DNA from: Octopus sinensis
Lineage: Eukaryota
Direction of reading: 5' to 3'
Assembly: GCF_006345805.1 (NCBI RefSeq)
Contig: NC_042998.1
Span: 191,208,001-191,272,000 of the forward strand
Length of the DNA: 64,000 bases
Part shown: positions 1 to 13,075 of the stretch, piece after piece
Layout of the letters: each line of letters starts with the position of its first letter
Position numbering within the stretch: position 1 is the stretch's first letter
The notes under the pieces: model-generated
Told to the model about the DNA's origin: nothing
Seen by the model: only the letters and a program-made list of their open reading frames with translations
Databases searched by the model: none
Made by a program: the position numbers and the translations under genes

Positions 1-987
1 TTATTATTATCATTATTATTATTATCACGTTAGAGCACGTTTGTGAAAAGCCCTGTAGCCAGTAACGAAGAACAACACTCTTGAGCATGTTCTTCTGACC
101 TGTTTTCAGATCGATCGTCGACATTCTCTATTTGTGGGCAAGATTAATATGGGTTCTCATTTTCATAGAGAGAGAGAGAGAGAGCTGGATGTGTAGCTAT
201 ATATATATATAGTACAAACGGAAAATAAGGTCACTCGTTACATCTTTATTTTATTTTTAGTTCTTCTCTACACAATTGTGTCACATGTCGATACATGACG
301 CCCAACCGAATCGAAATCATGAAAGTATATGAGTTTTCACGGAGTTCAAAATACTGGATTAAAAAATACAGAAAAAAAATCCCATAAACAGCAGAATAAA
401 TGTGTGTACGCGGTAGACATTTCTATGGAGATTTGTACGAGAACGGTACAAGTGAGACGTTTTGCAAAAACAACAATGAGGCAAAACCCGCATACACGCA
501 GACGTATTCACACACACACGCACACACAGAGACATACAGTCGGGCGCACACATACACACTTTCATTTATCAAATAAAAGCAACGATGGAAATTTGAATGT
601 AGAAGTAGTTTCATCTTTCTTAAACAATTTATATAATATACGCACTTTGAACATTTAATATTTAGCTAAAAAAATGTTCCAGCGACAACATTTTATGTCA
701 ACACAGCTATTTTCTACATGAAATTGTCACATAAGCGTGCAATGCAGGACAAGGAAGGTGACTAATCTTGCCTTAAACCATAAAAGCTTTCTTTGTGCCC
801 TCGAAGGAAAGAGCTAAAAACAGCTCTCGATGATACGTGGAATACAATTTACACTGGATGAAGGTGAGCGTATTGCACAATATAAATTATATTAAAACTC
901 GTAGACAGGTCGAACAGATAAGATCAGTAATTGAGTCATATACTTGCCAATCCATAAACTAAACAGACAATATTTGAAACTAATACA

Positions 988-1220
988 TATTTCTTTACTA
1001 ACCACAAGGGCCTAAACACAGAGAGGACAAACCAGGACAGACAAACGGATTAAGTCGATTATATCGACTCTAGTGCGTCACTGGTACTTATTTAATCGAT
1101 CCCGAAAGGATGAAAGGCAAAGTCGACCTCGGCGGAACTTGAACTCAAAACGTAACGACAGACGAAATATCGCAAAGCATTTCGCCCGGCGTGCTAACGT
1201 TTCTGCCAGCTCGCCGCCTT
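988..1220 (-). mobile_element. tRNA-headed SINE, group A (full-length monomer)
   Basis: The minus strand begins AAGGCGGCGAGCTGGCAGAAACGTTAGC (box A-like TGGCAGAAACG) and has a box B-like TTTTGAGTTCAAGTTCC. The central GTCGACTTTGCCTTTCATCCTTTCGGG block and the ...GTAAAGAAATA tail are shared with the copies at 9552, 28052 and 41741. Confidence 0.9.
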
Positions 1221-4200
1221 TCAATATTTGAAACTATTACCACGTGGGTCAATGACATGCATGGGGACATAAACCTCTGGACGGTGGTCAACTTCGTTGC
1301 ACTATATGGATTTGTGGTCAATACTGAAACGAATTTTGACAATTATGTGATCGAACGAGGTTGATGACTGCAAAACTACAAAACCATTCCGGAATTCTAT
1401 TCTCCAACCGCAGTCGACAGAAAACTTTTATGGGCTGTGGCAGAGAATAGTGGGCCCAGCTACAACTCTTTTGGGAGTGATTGTTATTTAAGTGCTTTCT
1501 GCCCCGAAGGGCCGGAAATGCTAAATAAAAATGGTAGTTATAATAGCAGTAGTCGGCAGCTGTAGATTCTATGGCACCAGGAGCTGGCCAGAAAACCGAA
1601 GGATCCTTATATCTAGCAGCGCCGCCCAAGTTTGATAACCTGATTATGAAGAAGTGGAAAGTAAACATAGATGGCAGGTAGTTGGAGAGTGAGGAATAAA
1701 CAAAAAAGAAAAAAAGGAATGAAAATACACCCCACCATACTACAAATATAAAGAAAACACCCCAAGATAAGACAGCATAGGTGTGTGACGGAGCTTAAAT
1801 CTCCTACCAAAGTCAAACAGAAGTTCATAGTTCGACGCTTAAACAAACGTAGAAATGTTCGAATTTATATATAAAAAAAAAATAAACGATTGCGAGAGAT
1901 ATGTTGTCTAATGATGACTATGGGTACCTTAGAGTATAGCGATTTCCAATTGCTGGTAGGGAGCTAGATTTATGGAGTGCGTGTCAAGGTATTATTTCTT
2001 TATCTTTATGTCCTTTTCTGTTATATTTACGTTTCCATTCTGAAGTTTTTCCCTAAATCATAAACAAGTTACGAACTGACTCAAGTTTTGTTTTAAACAC
2101 GAATGAAAAGGAAACAATATTATGTGACAAAATGATTGGAGAGACGATATCTTCGATTACAAATTTGTTGCTTTCAATTGTTTAAATTATAGCATTATTA
2201 ATTAATTTAAGTCAAAATAATGAATATCTACAATATAATTTAATGAACGGTAATTTTCTTATCTAATTTACAACTTCATCTCTCACAAACTTGTTTTATG
2301 TTTTGTAAATAAATACAAAATAAATATAAATTAAATAACACAAAAGCAGAAAGAAACTACTTTATCACAGACAAAATATTTGTTCGTTTTGTTATGTGCT
2401 ATACATTTTATATAATTCTATTTCTATGTACGTCAATCATTGGAAGTATTTTACTGCGGAAACTTGCAAGAAAAATTTCCGGATGTCAATGCTATTTGAA
2501 TTGAATCATTTCCTATGCTATTTTTTTTTTATATCGAGACGAAAATAATTTGAAATGTAAAATTATATACATTTAGTATTTTCTTATATATATATATATA
2601 TATATATATGCACATGTAGACACACACTCGCACACGCGCACACACATAGACACACGCAGACACACATACACATACTTGTATATATAAACACATATATACA
2701 ATTTTAAACAAAATTCTACTGTAAACTAATAAATATATATTTTGGATTAAATTTTAATTAATTTATATAGAATCTAAAACCAGGGTGTAGTTCACAACGG
2801 ATTACACTGAGCCATTTCAGTTTTACTTAAAGGAAGGCATTATTGCATTTTATTTGACATGTGAGGTAATAAAGTAGATTACATTATACTTGTACAGTAA
2901 ACCACTTAGATGTTTAAAATAATTTCAAATAAATATATATTTCCTCCTTCAACCTTTTTAATGGAACTAGGTTCTAGTTTCTGCATTCCCGTAACTTTTA
3001 GAATTTTCCAATTGTTAGATTTATAATATTTCAAAGTGGAATTGTTAAATTCATTGGCAGTCTAAACAATCTTTCGTATTATCCATTTGACTATGGATTT
3101 ATTTGTAATGGATAATGTGATTGATTGTCATTCAAACATTTCTCAATGGAATTTCCAACGTCAATGGAGGGAATTGTCTTTAATCAGAAATCGAAAACGG
3201 GGTAGAGCGTCATTTCCCAGGGAAGCTATTGCATTTTATTGTTATTACCATGAAAATACAAGCGATCTACTCCAGCATAAAAAAAGGATTTTAAATGTTC
3301 TAATACATTTGCATTCCTCGCAATTTTATAATGGAGACGGCATTTGAATATGCAAATCAAAATTGAGGGAAAACATCAGTGAGCAGATATCAAGTTAAAC
3401 AATAGAATCGGATTCCTTTTACCGTGAAGTATTGCGATAGAGATTATAGTTAAGATTGTGATTGCTGCTATCAGAGCATTATAATAGATTACAGCTAAGG
3501 TTCAGTTTGCTGAGACGAACGTACAACTTATGGATTATTCTTGCGTTTAGTGTTACTGTTTATATATTATATATTCTCTCAAGGTAATCTGACGGCTAAA
3601 ATGCGGAACTAAAGCACATTTACTGACATAAATACCAACTATATCAGTTCAACTAAAGAAAAATGTATCGACCAAACACATTTCATTTTGACTAAATAAT
3701 ATTTAGAGCAGTTGAATATTTTCAAAGTTATTGTCCACGAATTAACAATGCAATATGGACGACATGATGGTCAAATGAAAGGGAAAAAAATCGGTTGGCA
3801 TAAAAAAAAAAACAGATTTATTGCTGTGTATGAATATTAGGTTGTGTTTAGAATTTTGTCTGTGTAAACTAGATTGGAGATGTGCTGTACCAATTTTACC
3901 ATTATCGTAACATTTTTATGAAAATGTCTTTCTAAAAACATACTATCTGATGTATATAATGTCGATTGTTATTGAAAAACTATATATAAATGGTTCTACT
4001 TCTCCAGAGAAAATACTCAAATATATACATAAAGGGCAGCAAGTAAAAAGAATATTTAAATATTCGTACATCAAAGTTATTATTAATGAGGTCTGTTATA
4101 TTATTTCCACTTTTTCACCTTAACACGATTGTTTTTCTTTGTCTATTTTTAACAGATTTTAAGCAACCGACTTCAATTATTTAGTGAGAGAAATCAAACT

Positions 4201-4304
4201 ATATTTTTCCCGGATTTTTAACATTGATGTGATTAATGAAACAAATAAGAAAATAGACATGCCATACTGTAACGTCCTAAAATAAACGTATTTGCATACA
4301 CATC

Positions 4305-4306
<2 letters not shown>

Positions 4307-4335
<29 letters not shown>

Positions 4336-4447
4336 TGTATGTATGTATGTATGTATGTATGTATGTATGATGTATGTATGTAGTATGTATGTATGTATGT
4401 ATGTATGTATGTATGTATGCATGTATGTATGCATGTATGTATGTATG

Positions 4448-4490
<43 letters not shown>
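4307..4490. repeat. (TATG)n plus (TA)n compound microsatellite
   Basis: Read directly; it explains the ORFs at 4233-4513. Confidence 0.95.
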
Positions 4491-4496
<6 letters not shown>

Positions 4497-4861
4497 TCAT
4501 ACAGATAATTTAATATGCATAGAAACTATATATATGTAGGACGGTATATGTATATATATGTATGTAAGTATGTATGTATGTATATACAGGCCCGCCAGGA
4601 ATGGATACAGAGTTTATATACGTACAATACATATATATGCAGTCGACATTTTCTCTCTCTAGTCACTTGTCTTGCCAAAATTCATCGACATACACCTGAG
4701 ATCACAACCTACGGGTTGGTAAACATTACATGATGGGGTATGGGGGCATATGTCTGGGAAAAGACGAGGGATCTTCTTCGACCATGATTCGGTTCAATCA
4801 AGTTTGTTCAACTATAAAATACATCGGTGACAGCGAGAATGACATACAAAACAAATATGTA

Positions 4862-5379
4862 CCGTAAATCCTCGATTATAATCCGCATTTTATTCCCCAA
4901 AATTTAAAGCTCAAAATCCCTAGTGCGTACTATATACGAGGTTAAAAATGAAAATTATTTTCCAAGCAATGTCCGAGTCTCTATTTGCTGTCCGGCAATG
5001 TTTATTCAGTCACATTTTATGATGTCGGGCACGAAAATACCTTAAGCTAAGCCCGAAAGCATGAAGTCATAAAAGAACCATCCATAACATGCAGTAAGCA
5101 ACATTTATTAAACGTTATTACTGTTATTACTGCTATTTCTTTATTTTCTGCATACAAAATGCACAAAAAAACTACACGTTTGCATTATGTTATATATACA
5201 ATAATAATAAAGGAGGTTACCGTATACATTTTTACAAACCAAGGACGTTATATAGACCTTGACTCAAGTTAGAGAAGGGGTGCGTATTATACACACGGTT
5301 TAGGTTTTTCAGAGGTACAGCCCCCCAAAAATCGCCTGTGTATTATATTCAAGGGCGGACTATACTCGAGGATTTACGG
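4862..5379. mobile_element. Non-autonomous Tc1/mariner-superfamily MITE, pogo/Tigger-like
   Basis: 25-bp TIRs match at 23/25: CCGTAAATCCTCGATTATAATCCGC and the reverse complement of GCGGACTATACTCGAGGATTTACGG. TA flanks both ends (4860-61, 5380-81). No transposase ORF. Confidence 0.85.
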
Positions 5380-6124
5380 TATATATTATAGAACACATCA
5401 TTTGGCTTAAAGTTCAGTATATCTGCAAATGATCGGAAATATATATATAAAAAAACGAACCAAAAGAAAGAAACACATTTCAAATTTCTTGTTATTTTAT
5501 TACTCTTCTTTGGATAACAATACGGAGGCCAAATAAAATTTTACGAAGCTACGGTTTTGTAACACCTCACACAAAGCAAAATGTTTGTATGGGGTTATTC
5601 TTTGCACAACAACATACACACACACAGATACAACCTCTCATGCACACGCGTAGGCAGACGTGTATCGACGCGTATACAAAAGAAACATTTCGTATATATA
5701 ATTATGTGCTGCCAGTTGTATATGAATTCAACTTTTTGTCTATCTGTATGTCTATCTACCAGCTATCTAACACAGTCATCTAATCTGTTCACACACACAC
5801 ACGCACACACACACACACACACGCACACACCCATATGTATTTTGTATATCTATCTACTTATCTATCTACACACATACACACACACATATACATATACATC
5901 CATCCATAGATACATACATACACACACACATATATATATGTATGTATATATATATATATATATACATATATATACTTATATACATATATATATTACTTAT
6001 GCATATATATATGTGTATATATATACATATATATATACATACATATATATATTAATATGCATATATATATATATATTACATATGCATATATATATATATG
6101 TATATATATACACACACGCATATA

Positions 6125-6160
<36 letters not shown>

Positions 6161-6732
6161 TTTCATATGCATGTATGTATAATTGCAGGTGCCATATATT
6201 CGTACATTCGTGATACATGCATTACTATCTATTTGGAATATTTACCTAGCCGGTGCCATGTCCCTCTTACTAGCCATCTGGATGGAAAGAATAAACTACG
6301 GTGCGTAAAGACAGCTATATTAGATCCTACTGCCAGCGAAACACCGATGATAGTTAAGCATACCACATCAACGAGAATCTGAATGAACATCAGTGCTTAC
6401 TTCCCGGTGTATATAAATAAGCCAAGGCATCCCCGCTTACAAAATATACCACTCTATTACACATTAGATTCTATATAAAGTACGCTATGGATGTAGCACA
6501 GTCGTTGCTCTCTGTTTCATCTAATCATTCGTTGTGGCTTTTTTAACTGGCAGGAAATTGCTTTTATTGCCCTGCCAATGTTTTAGTACGTTGTTTTCAC
6601 TCATCTTCAACTAATACTGAGAAAAGAGAATAATTATGTCTGATATGATTGTACACCCGATGCACACAGCCACTCATATGCGAAGACACACATACACAAA
6701 CACACATGGACTCCCGGTTATCTCTCTGTCTG

Positions 6733-6873
<141 letters not shown>

Positions 6874-7194
6874 CTTTGTATATGTCTGTCGGTGTGCCCA
6901 TGATACAATGTACGCAAGAAAACATTCATTGCTAAACAAATAATATATAAGAAAGGAACCATTAGACATATAACTTCGTCACATACGAAGTCTGGTACGC
7001 CAAAAATTCGGAGTCACACTCGAACTTTGCCTTTTAAAAATCAATAAATTTATAGCCTAAGAAGTCCTCCATCATATAACGTTATATATATATATATATA
7101 TTAGAAGAAATATACTCAGAAAGCTGATACGAAGATAACAGATCCAATCCATTATTGGAACGGTAAAAATTTGTAAAACTTTCCAGAAGTTAAC

Positions 7195-7393
7195 CCAAAC
7201 ATGAAAACACAAAGAGAAAACACAACAACACGAGGACGTGGAACAAGTATAGTGTTATTGGACGTTTAGTAAAGGAATGAAAGAATAAAGATTTAACGTT
7301 TCGAGCGGAGCTCTTCGTCAGAAACATAGAAAAGGAAAGATCCAAGGAAGGGAAAACGGAGGAAAAATCGTCAACGATACACACGCGGTCACA
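7195..7393 (-). mobile_element. Penelope-like element pLTR fragment
   Basis: Contains a hammerhead-like core (7291-7325) in a pyrimidine-rich minus-strand context. The PLE assignment is inferred from this motif. Confidence 0.55.
7291..7325 (-). ncRNA. Minimal type I hammerhead ribozyme-like motif
   Basis: Minus strand GUUU-CUGACGA-A-GAGC-UCC-GCUC-GAAA-CG-UU-AAAU: intact core boxes, 4-bp helix II, palindromic ACGU helix III and a short helix I (GUUU/AAAU). Confidence 0.6.
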
Positions 7394-7849
7394 TATTGAA
7401 TGACATACATACATACATACATACATACATACATACATACATACATACATACATACATACATGCTTACATGCACGCACGCACACACACATGTAAATAGAT
7501 AGATAGAAAGCCTGATATAGATTTTAAAACTCTCCTGTTATGAATCACGGATTTTATATGCTCAATCCTTTCCCGTGCAATTAAAATCTATATGGTTAGG
7601 TATTCCATAGATCTAAAATATGCTAAAACAATTGCTTAGGGTGGGTTATTTGGAAGATTAGATGACAGAAGCCACCGATGTAATTTTCCCAAGTGTTTCT
7701 ACAGTTGTTTCGATGACGTAGATGAAAAGAAACATACTCACCATCCCCATAATTACTTTAGAATACGTAATTAGTAAGTAATGAACTAATTCAACTGAAT
7801 GTGACGAGTAAATCATATCATGAGAAATATCTTTTACCTATCTTCGTAA

Positions 7850-7852
<3 letters not shown>

Positions 7853-7885
<33 letters not shown>

Positions 7886-7940
7886 CGTTATTATTATTAT
7901 TATTATTATTATCATTATTATTATTGTTGTTGTTGTTGTT
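7853..7940. repeat. (TTA)n/(TTG)n microsatellite (left tail of the palindromic element)
   Basis: Read directly; it mirrors the (AAC)n(AAT)n tract at 8068-8102. Confidence 0.9.
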
Positions 7941-8244
7941 CAGGTCACTGCCTTGAATCGAATTTGGAATCTTGAGGTCGGTAGCCCGCGCTCTTAACCA
8001 CTACGTCGTTTGCCAGTGGCGTAGTTGTTAAGAGCACGGGCTACCAACCCCAAGATTCCAAATTCGAACAACAAAAACAACAACAACAATAATAATAATA
8101 ATGTTGACAAATAACTTGGAATGAGAACCCAGGATCGAAATTTCCCCAAGAGAGCTGAAGAAGGCTGGAGGGTATATCAATCGAAACGTTGTGTTAACAA
8201 CAAACAAGATGAGGAAAGATATCCGTTGAATGTAAATAATGTAC
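7941..8244. mobile_element. Palindromic element: two head-to-head tRNA-like heads; the right arm continues into a hammerhead-bearing tail
   Basis: 50-bp inverted arms at 7958-8007 and 8018-8067 match at 45/50 around a 10-nt spacer. Each arm has a box A-like GCGTAGT(G/T)GTTAAG and a box B-like AATTCGA. CTGAAGA...GAAACGTT lies at 8155-8190. Confidence 0.7.
8151..8194 (+). ncRNA. Minimal hammerhead ribozyme-like motif (partly decayed)
   Basis: CUGAAGA-A-GGCUG-gagggUAUAU-CAAUC-GAAA-CG-UU-GUGU. Helix II has one mismatch and the 5' strand of helix I is degenerate. Confidence 0.5.
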
Positions 8245-8352
8245 ATAATTCGTTATCATTTAAATATAGAACTGTGACATGTTGTACTGCTTGGCATTCG
8301 TCCTGGAAGCACCATGCCATACAAACAGGAGAACCCAGTCAGGAGTTTGATT

Positions 8353-8756
8353 CCACATGGTTCAGAGTTCACTCACGCTGCGTAGTCCCTTGGGCAAGTG
8401 TCTTCTACAGGCTCAGGCTAACCAAAGTCTAATCACTGGATCTGGAGGATGGAAACTGAAAGAAGCCCTCAATTATCTTTATATATACATTATCTTTATA
8501 TATGTGTGTGTGTTTGTTCTCGTGTTTTTGTCTTTGTCCCCTAGCCACCGCTTGGCAAACGAGGCTGGTGTGTTTAGGTCGCAATAACTTAGCAGTTCGG
8601 GAAAAAGGGGCGATATAGAATAAGTACCAGACTTAAAAAAAAAAATAATAATAATAAATAAAAGCACTGGTATCTATTCATTCGACTAAAATTCTTCAAT
8701 GCGATGCCCCAGTATGGCCGCAGTGCTAAGGACTGAAACAAGCGAATGAATAAAAG
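8353..8756 (+). mobile_element. SINE group B, diverged copy
   Basis: Contains CTTGGGCAAGTGTCTTCTA, GGAAACTGAAAGAAGCCC, GATATAGAATAAGTACC and GACTGAAACAAG, all shared with the copies at 38588, 43667 and 61033. Confidence 0.8.
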
Positions 8757-8829
8757 ATGTCGTGACCCTCTACACGAGATTGGAAATAAATTTGAAAGCA
8801 ACAGAGAGGCACACACAGACATACACACG

Positions 8830-8880
<51 letters not shown>

Positions 8881-9551
8881 ACACACCACTCTAATGCTCA
8901 CAAATATTTGTGCATTATCTCTCTCTATATACATTCATCCACATATGTGAATTCCCTGTCTGGAATTTTCATACATACTCACCTTGTCTCTGATCACGGA
9001 CTGTCCAGTGTATGGAGATTCTAATCTATCACTTAATATATCCCAGAAACACCTGTAAGGTATCAAATAATCAATTAATTAATTAATTACCTCAAGTTCA
9101 CCTTACTCTATTTAAATATTCGAAAGGACTTGAGTCACTGCCTTGCGTTGGTTTTTGTTGTCCTCTAATATATACATACAAACGGGGAACCCTACTACGG
9201 TTTCCCAATCATAGCCCTTACACAGCGTATCTATTCACTTAGATCACCAGTGAATAAAACCCACACACGCACGCACACACACACGCACATGCGGACACTT
9301 AAATGGAGGTATACAGTCGTTTGCATATAAAGATGCACACACACATACACACAGACAGACAGATAGACAGGCAGACAGACAGTCAGACAGTCAAACAGAC
9401 AGACAGTCAGACAGACACACACACACACACTCGCACACACTGATTCACACAAACACGTCATTTTCATTAAGCGCCGTTAGAATACATCTTTTCCCCCCTA
9501 CGACTCAATCGTTATCACATATAAATACAGGCGGCCTTTTGTGGATGATTA

Positions 9552-9724
9552 TATTTCTTTACTACCCACAAGGGGCTAAACATAGAGGGGACAAACAAGG
9601 ACAGACAAAGGTATTAAGTCGATTACATCGACCCCAGTGCGTAACTGCTACTTTATTTAATCGACTCCGAAAGGATGAAAGGCGAAGTCGACCTCGGCGG
9701 AATTTGTACTGAGAAACGTAACGG
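9552..9724 (-). mobile_element. SINE group A, 5'-truncated
   Basis: Body and tail are homologous to 988-1220; the head is missing. Confidence 0.85.
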
Positions 9725-10769
9725 TTATGGCGCCAGCGATGATTACGATGACGACGACGATGATGATTACTATAAAGAACAGACAGACATAGATGAATAT
9801 CACCTTGCCAGGAATTGAACTCGGAGCATTGTGAGACAGAATTACAATCTCGAACACATTTTGAACGCTAAATCTACCAATTCTTCCATAAAATAAAAGA
9901 CCCACAGTTTCAAGGGAAAAGAAAGGATCGGCAGATGAAATATAGAAGAGCGTAAATAATGCAGATAGAATCGACATTAAACGAACTTTTCTCCCGAATT
10001 ATCTCCCCTGCACCATGTAATTCAGTTACCGACGATTCTGTAAAATTGTTTTCTTTCGATTTCTCTTGAATACATTGAAACAGAACAATACGTTACAAAG
10101 GAGAGAGCGAGCGAACGAAGGAGAGAGGGACAATGAGAAAAAGAGAAAGGGGTAAGAGGGTGATAGTGATGCTAATATTTGCTCTATGCCAACATATTGC
10201 TTAATCTATATGGAACCGTTTCCTATTCGTATTTTTTTTTTTTTTTTTTCTTTTTGCTTTCAATCACTCATGTGGCAGTTCATTCTGCCTGCAAATGCTA
10301 CTTCATCGACACCAACTGTAACCGACGAGTGGCGTGTGTGTGTTTATGCGAGCGGAGTGCGGATATGTGCGTTTCCATGTGTATGCATGTTTGTATGTAA
10401 TCCAAGGAGGAGACGAAGAAGAAGAATAATGTAAAGAAAGAATGTAAAGTGAATTAGGTTACGTTCAAAGATCGTGGTTTTGAAAATTTTGAGAAAGAAA
10501 TGCAAAAGGCAAAAAACAAAAGCTTAAAACAAAAGTAAAAATGAATAGATGAGATGGCCTCTACCCATATATAAATAAATATATAAGAAAACCAACAGCA
10601 AATATGGCAGTTGCCTGTTCTGTGAAATGGTTGACTAATTCTTCAAATGACAGCGAAGATGATTTCGGATGTGTACGTATGCATCTCTGATTAAATTTTC
10701 ATGTCTGATTGCGTAGAAAGAAAATATGATATAGAGTGATTGATCAACAGATAACGATGTAAAATGCGC

Positions 10770-10798
10770 GTGTATATATACATATATATATATATATA

Positions 10799-10841
<43 letters not shown>

Positions 10842-10855
10842 TGTATACATACATA

Positions 10856-10908
<53 letters not shown>

Positions 10909-10994
10909 ACATACATATTTATGTATATATATATAATATATATATACATATATATATATACATAGATGTATATATATAGATGTATGTATGCATA

Positions 10995-11073
<79 letters not shown>

Positions 11074-11180
11074 CATATATGCATTGTGTGAGTGTGTGGG
11101 TACATACAAGCACATATCAATATATGAGTGTGTGTATGTATAAATAAACATATATATATATACATATATAATTGTGTGTA
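10770..11180. repeat. (TA)n-rich compound microsatellite
   Basis: Read directly; it explains the YI-repeat ORFs. Confidence 0.95.
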
Positions 11181-11626
11181 CATGTATGTGTTTGCATGTG
11201 TACACATGTATGTACACATAGTTGTAAATATGCACACACACATGTACGTATGTGTGTGTGTGTATATATGGGTGAGTGTATGTGTTTCTGTGGTATAACA
11301 AGTTGCTACTATTGTATAGCTGAGTTTACAGAAAATCATTTTCCATTTCTACTTCATCTTTTTATTTTGCATCTTGCTTTTAATGGTTCTTCTTCGAATT
11401 TGTTCTCGGTTGTTGTTGTCGCTGCTGCTATGATTATTATTATTGCAACTGTTGTTGTTACCCTGCTTCTGCTGCTGCTGCTGCTGTTTTTGTTGTTGTT
11501 GTTGTTGTTCCTTGTTATGCTACTGTTGTTGTTGTTGTTATTAAATCTATTGTTTGGTTATAAGGTTTGGTTATGGAAGAAGATTTCGTATAAAATCTCG
11601 TTTGAAACTATTTGAAGCATGCATTG

Positions 11627-11629
<3 letters not shown>

Positions 11630-11657
<28 letters not shown>

Positions 11658-11692
11658 GAAAATATACAATATATATACCTATATACATATAG

Positions 11693-11732
<40 letters not shown>

Positions 11733-11799
11733 GTAGTATTATTATATGTATATATATACTATGTTTATATATATACATACATACATATATATATCTTAC

Positions 11800-11831
<32 letters not shown>

Positions 11832-11910
11832 TTATTCTATATCTATATATATATGCGTATATATATATATATATATTATATATATATATATACATATATG
11901 TATATATATA
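11630..11910. repeat. (TA)n-rich microsatellite
   Basis: Read directly. Confidence 0.95.
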
Positions 11911-12787
11911 TTACTCTATAATTTCTGAGTAAACAATGGTGGTATATATATGTGAGAGAAACAATGGTAGATGTGTGGTGGGAAGGGAGATAAATAGAGA
12001 GAGGGGAAACCGATGATGAGGCGTAGCACGAAGACTTAACGTGAGCACTGGACTGTGTTGTATGAGCGAGAGAGTGTTGGAGAGAGATAGACGCATAGAC
12101 ACACACGCAAACTCACACGAACACACCAACACGCCAAGACACACACACATACATGCACACATGCACGCTCGCATGCATATTCCATTATTCTTTTTTTCTT
12201 CTCTCACTCATGCTTTGCAGTCATGCTTGGGGCATTGCCTTGGAGGGTTTTAGTCAATAAATTCTTACGCTAACACTTACTTATTTTAAGTCTGTGACTT
12301 ATTCCATCGCAATCTCTGCCTTAACGCTAAGTTGGGTGAAGAAAAATAGACCATTACCTAAAGCAGTAAGAGATGAATACCACACACACACACACACACA
12401 CAACACACACACATACACACGCATACATGTGCAACGAGCTACCCTTGTTTTCGTCGATTACTTCCACTCACAAAGTATGGGTGGTTAGGGACTATAGTAG
12501 ATGGCTCTTACCCAAGTTTTCATTCCGTGATACAATTTGCAGAGCAAACATCTTAACGAAACAGACATCATACATACATACATATATTTATATACATACA
12601 TACATATATGCATGCATACATACATAACATACTACATACATACATACATACATACATACATCCATATATATATATATATATATATATAAATATTATATAT
12701 AATATATATACCGGAGTAAACACATAAATGTGAAACAAAGTGGAAAAAAAGAGTACTCAAATACCAGTGGTAGAGTAATATGCTTTA

Positions 12788-12867
12788 TTAAAGCAGCAGA
12801 AAATTCAACAAAATCTGTTAGAAAAAACTCAGAGTAACAGATTTTGTTGAATTTTCTGCTGCTTTAA
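12788..12867. repeat. Perfect 33-bp inverted repeat with a 14-nt spacer
   Basis: TTAAAGCAGCAGAAAATTCAACAAAATCTGTTA (12788-12820) and its exact reverse complement (12835-12867). Confidence 0.95.
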
Positions 12868-12872
12868 GTAAA

Positions 12873-12912
<40 letters not shown>

Positions 12913-13075
12913 CATAAAACGGTGATCAACTATAACCTCGGATCTTACCACAAGAATACGTGGAGTTCTTTACTAATCTAAGTAATACTGTTAGTCTGCA
13001 GTATTGACAGAATGTAAATGTGTGTGTATGTGTATTAGTATATATTTGTATATATACATATAATATATATGTATA

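Noticed and set aside
6193-6304. Hydrophobic frame [37 protein letters not shown] between AG and GTGCGT
   Set aside because: The acceptor lies in a microsatellite with no real pyrimidine tract, the family is unrecognised, and a second frame is equally open.
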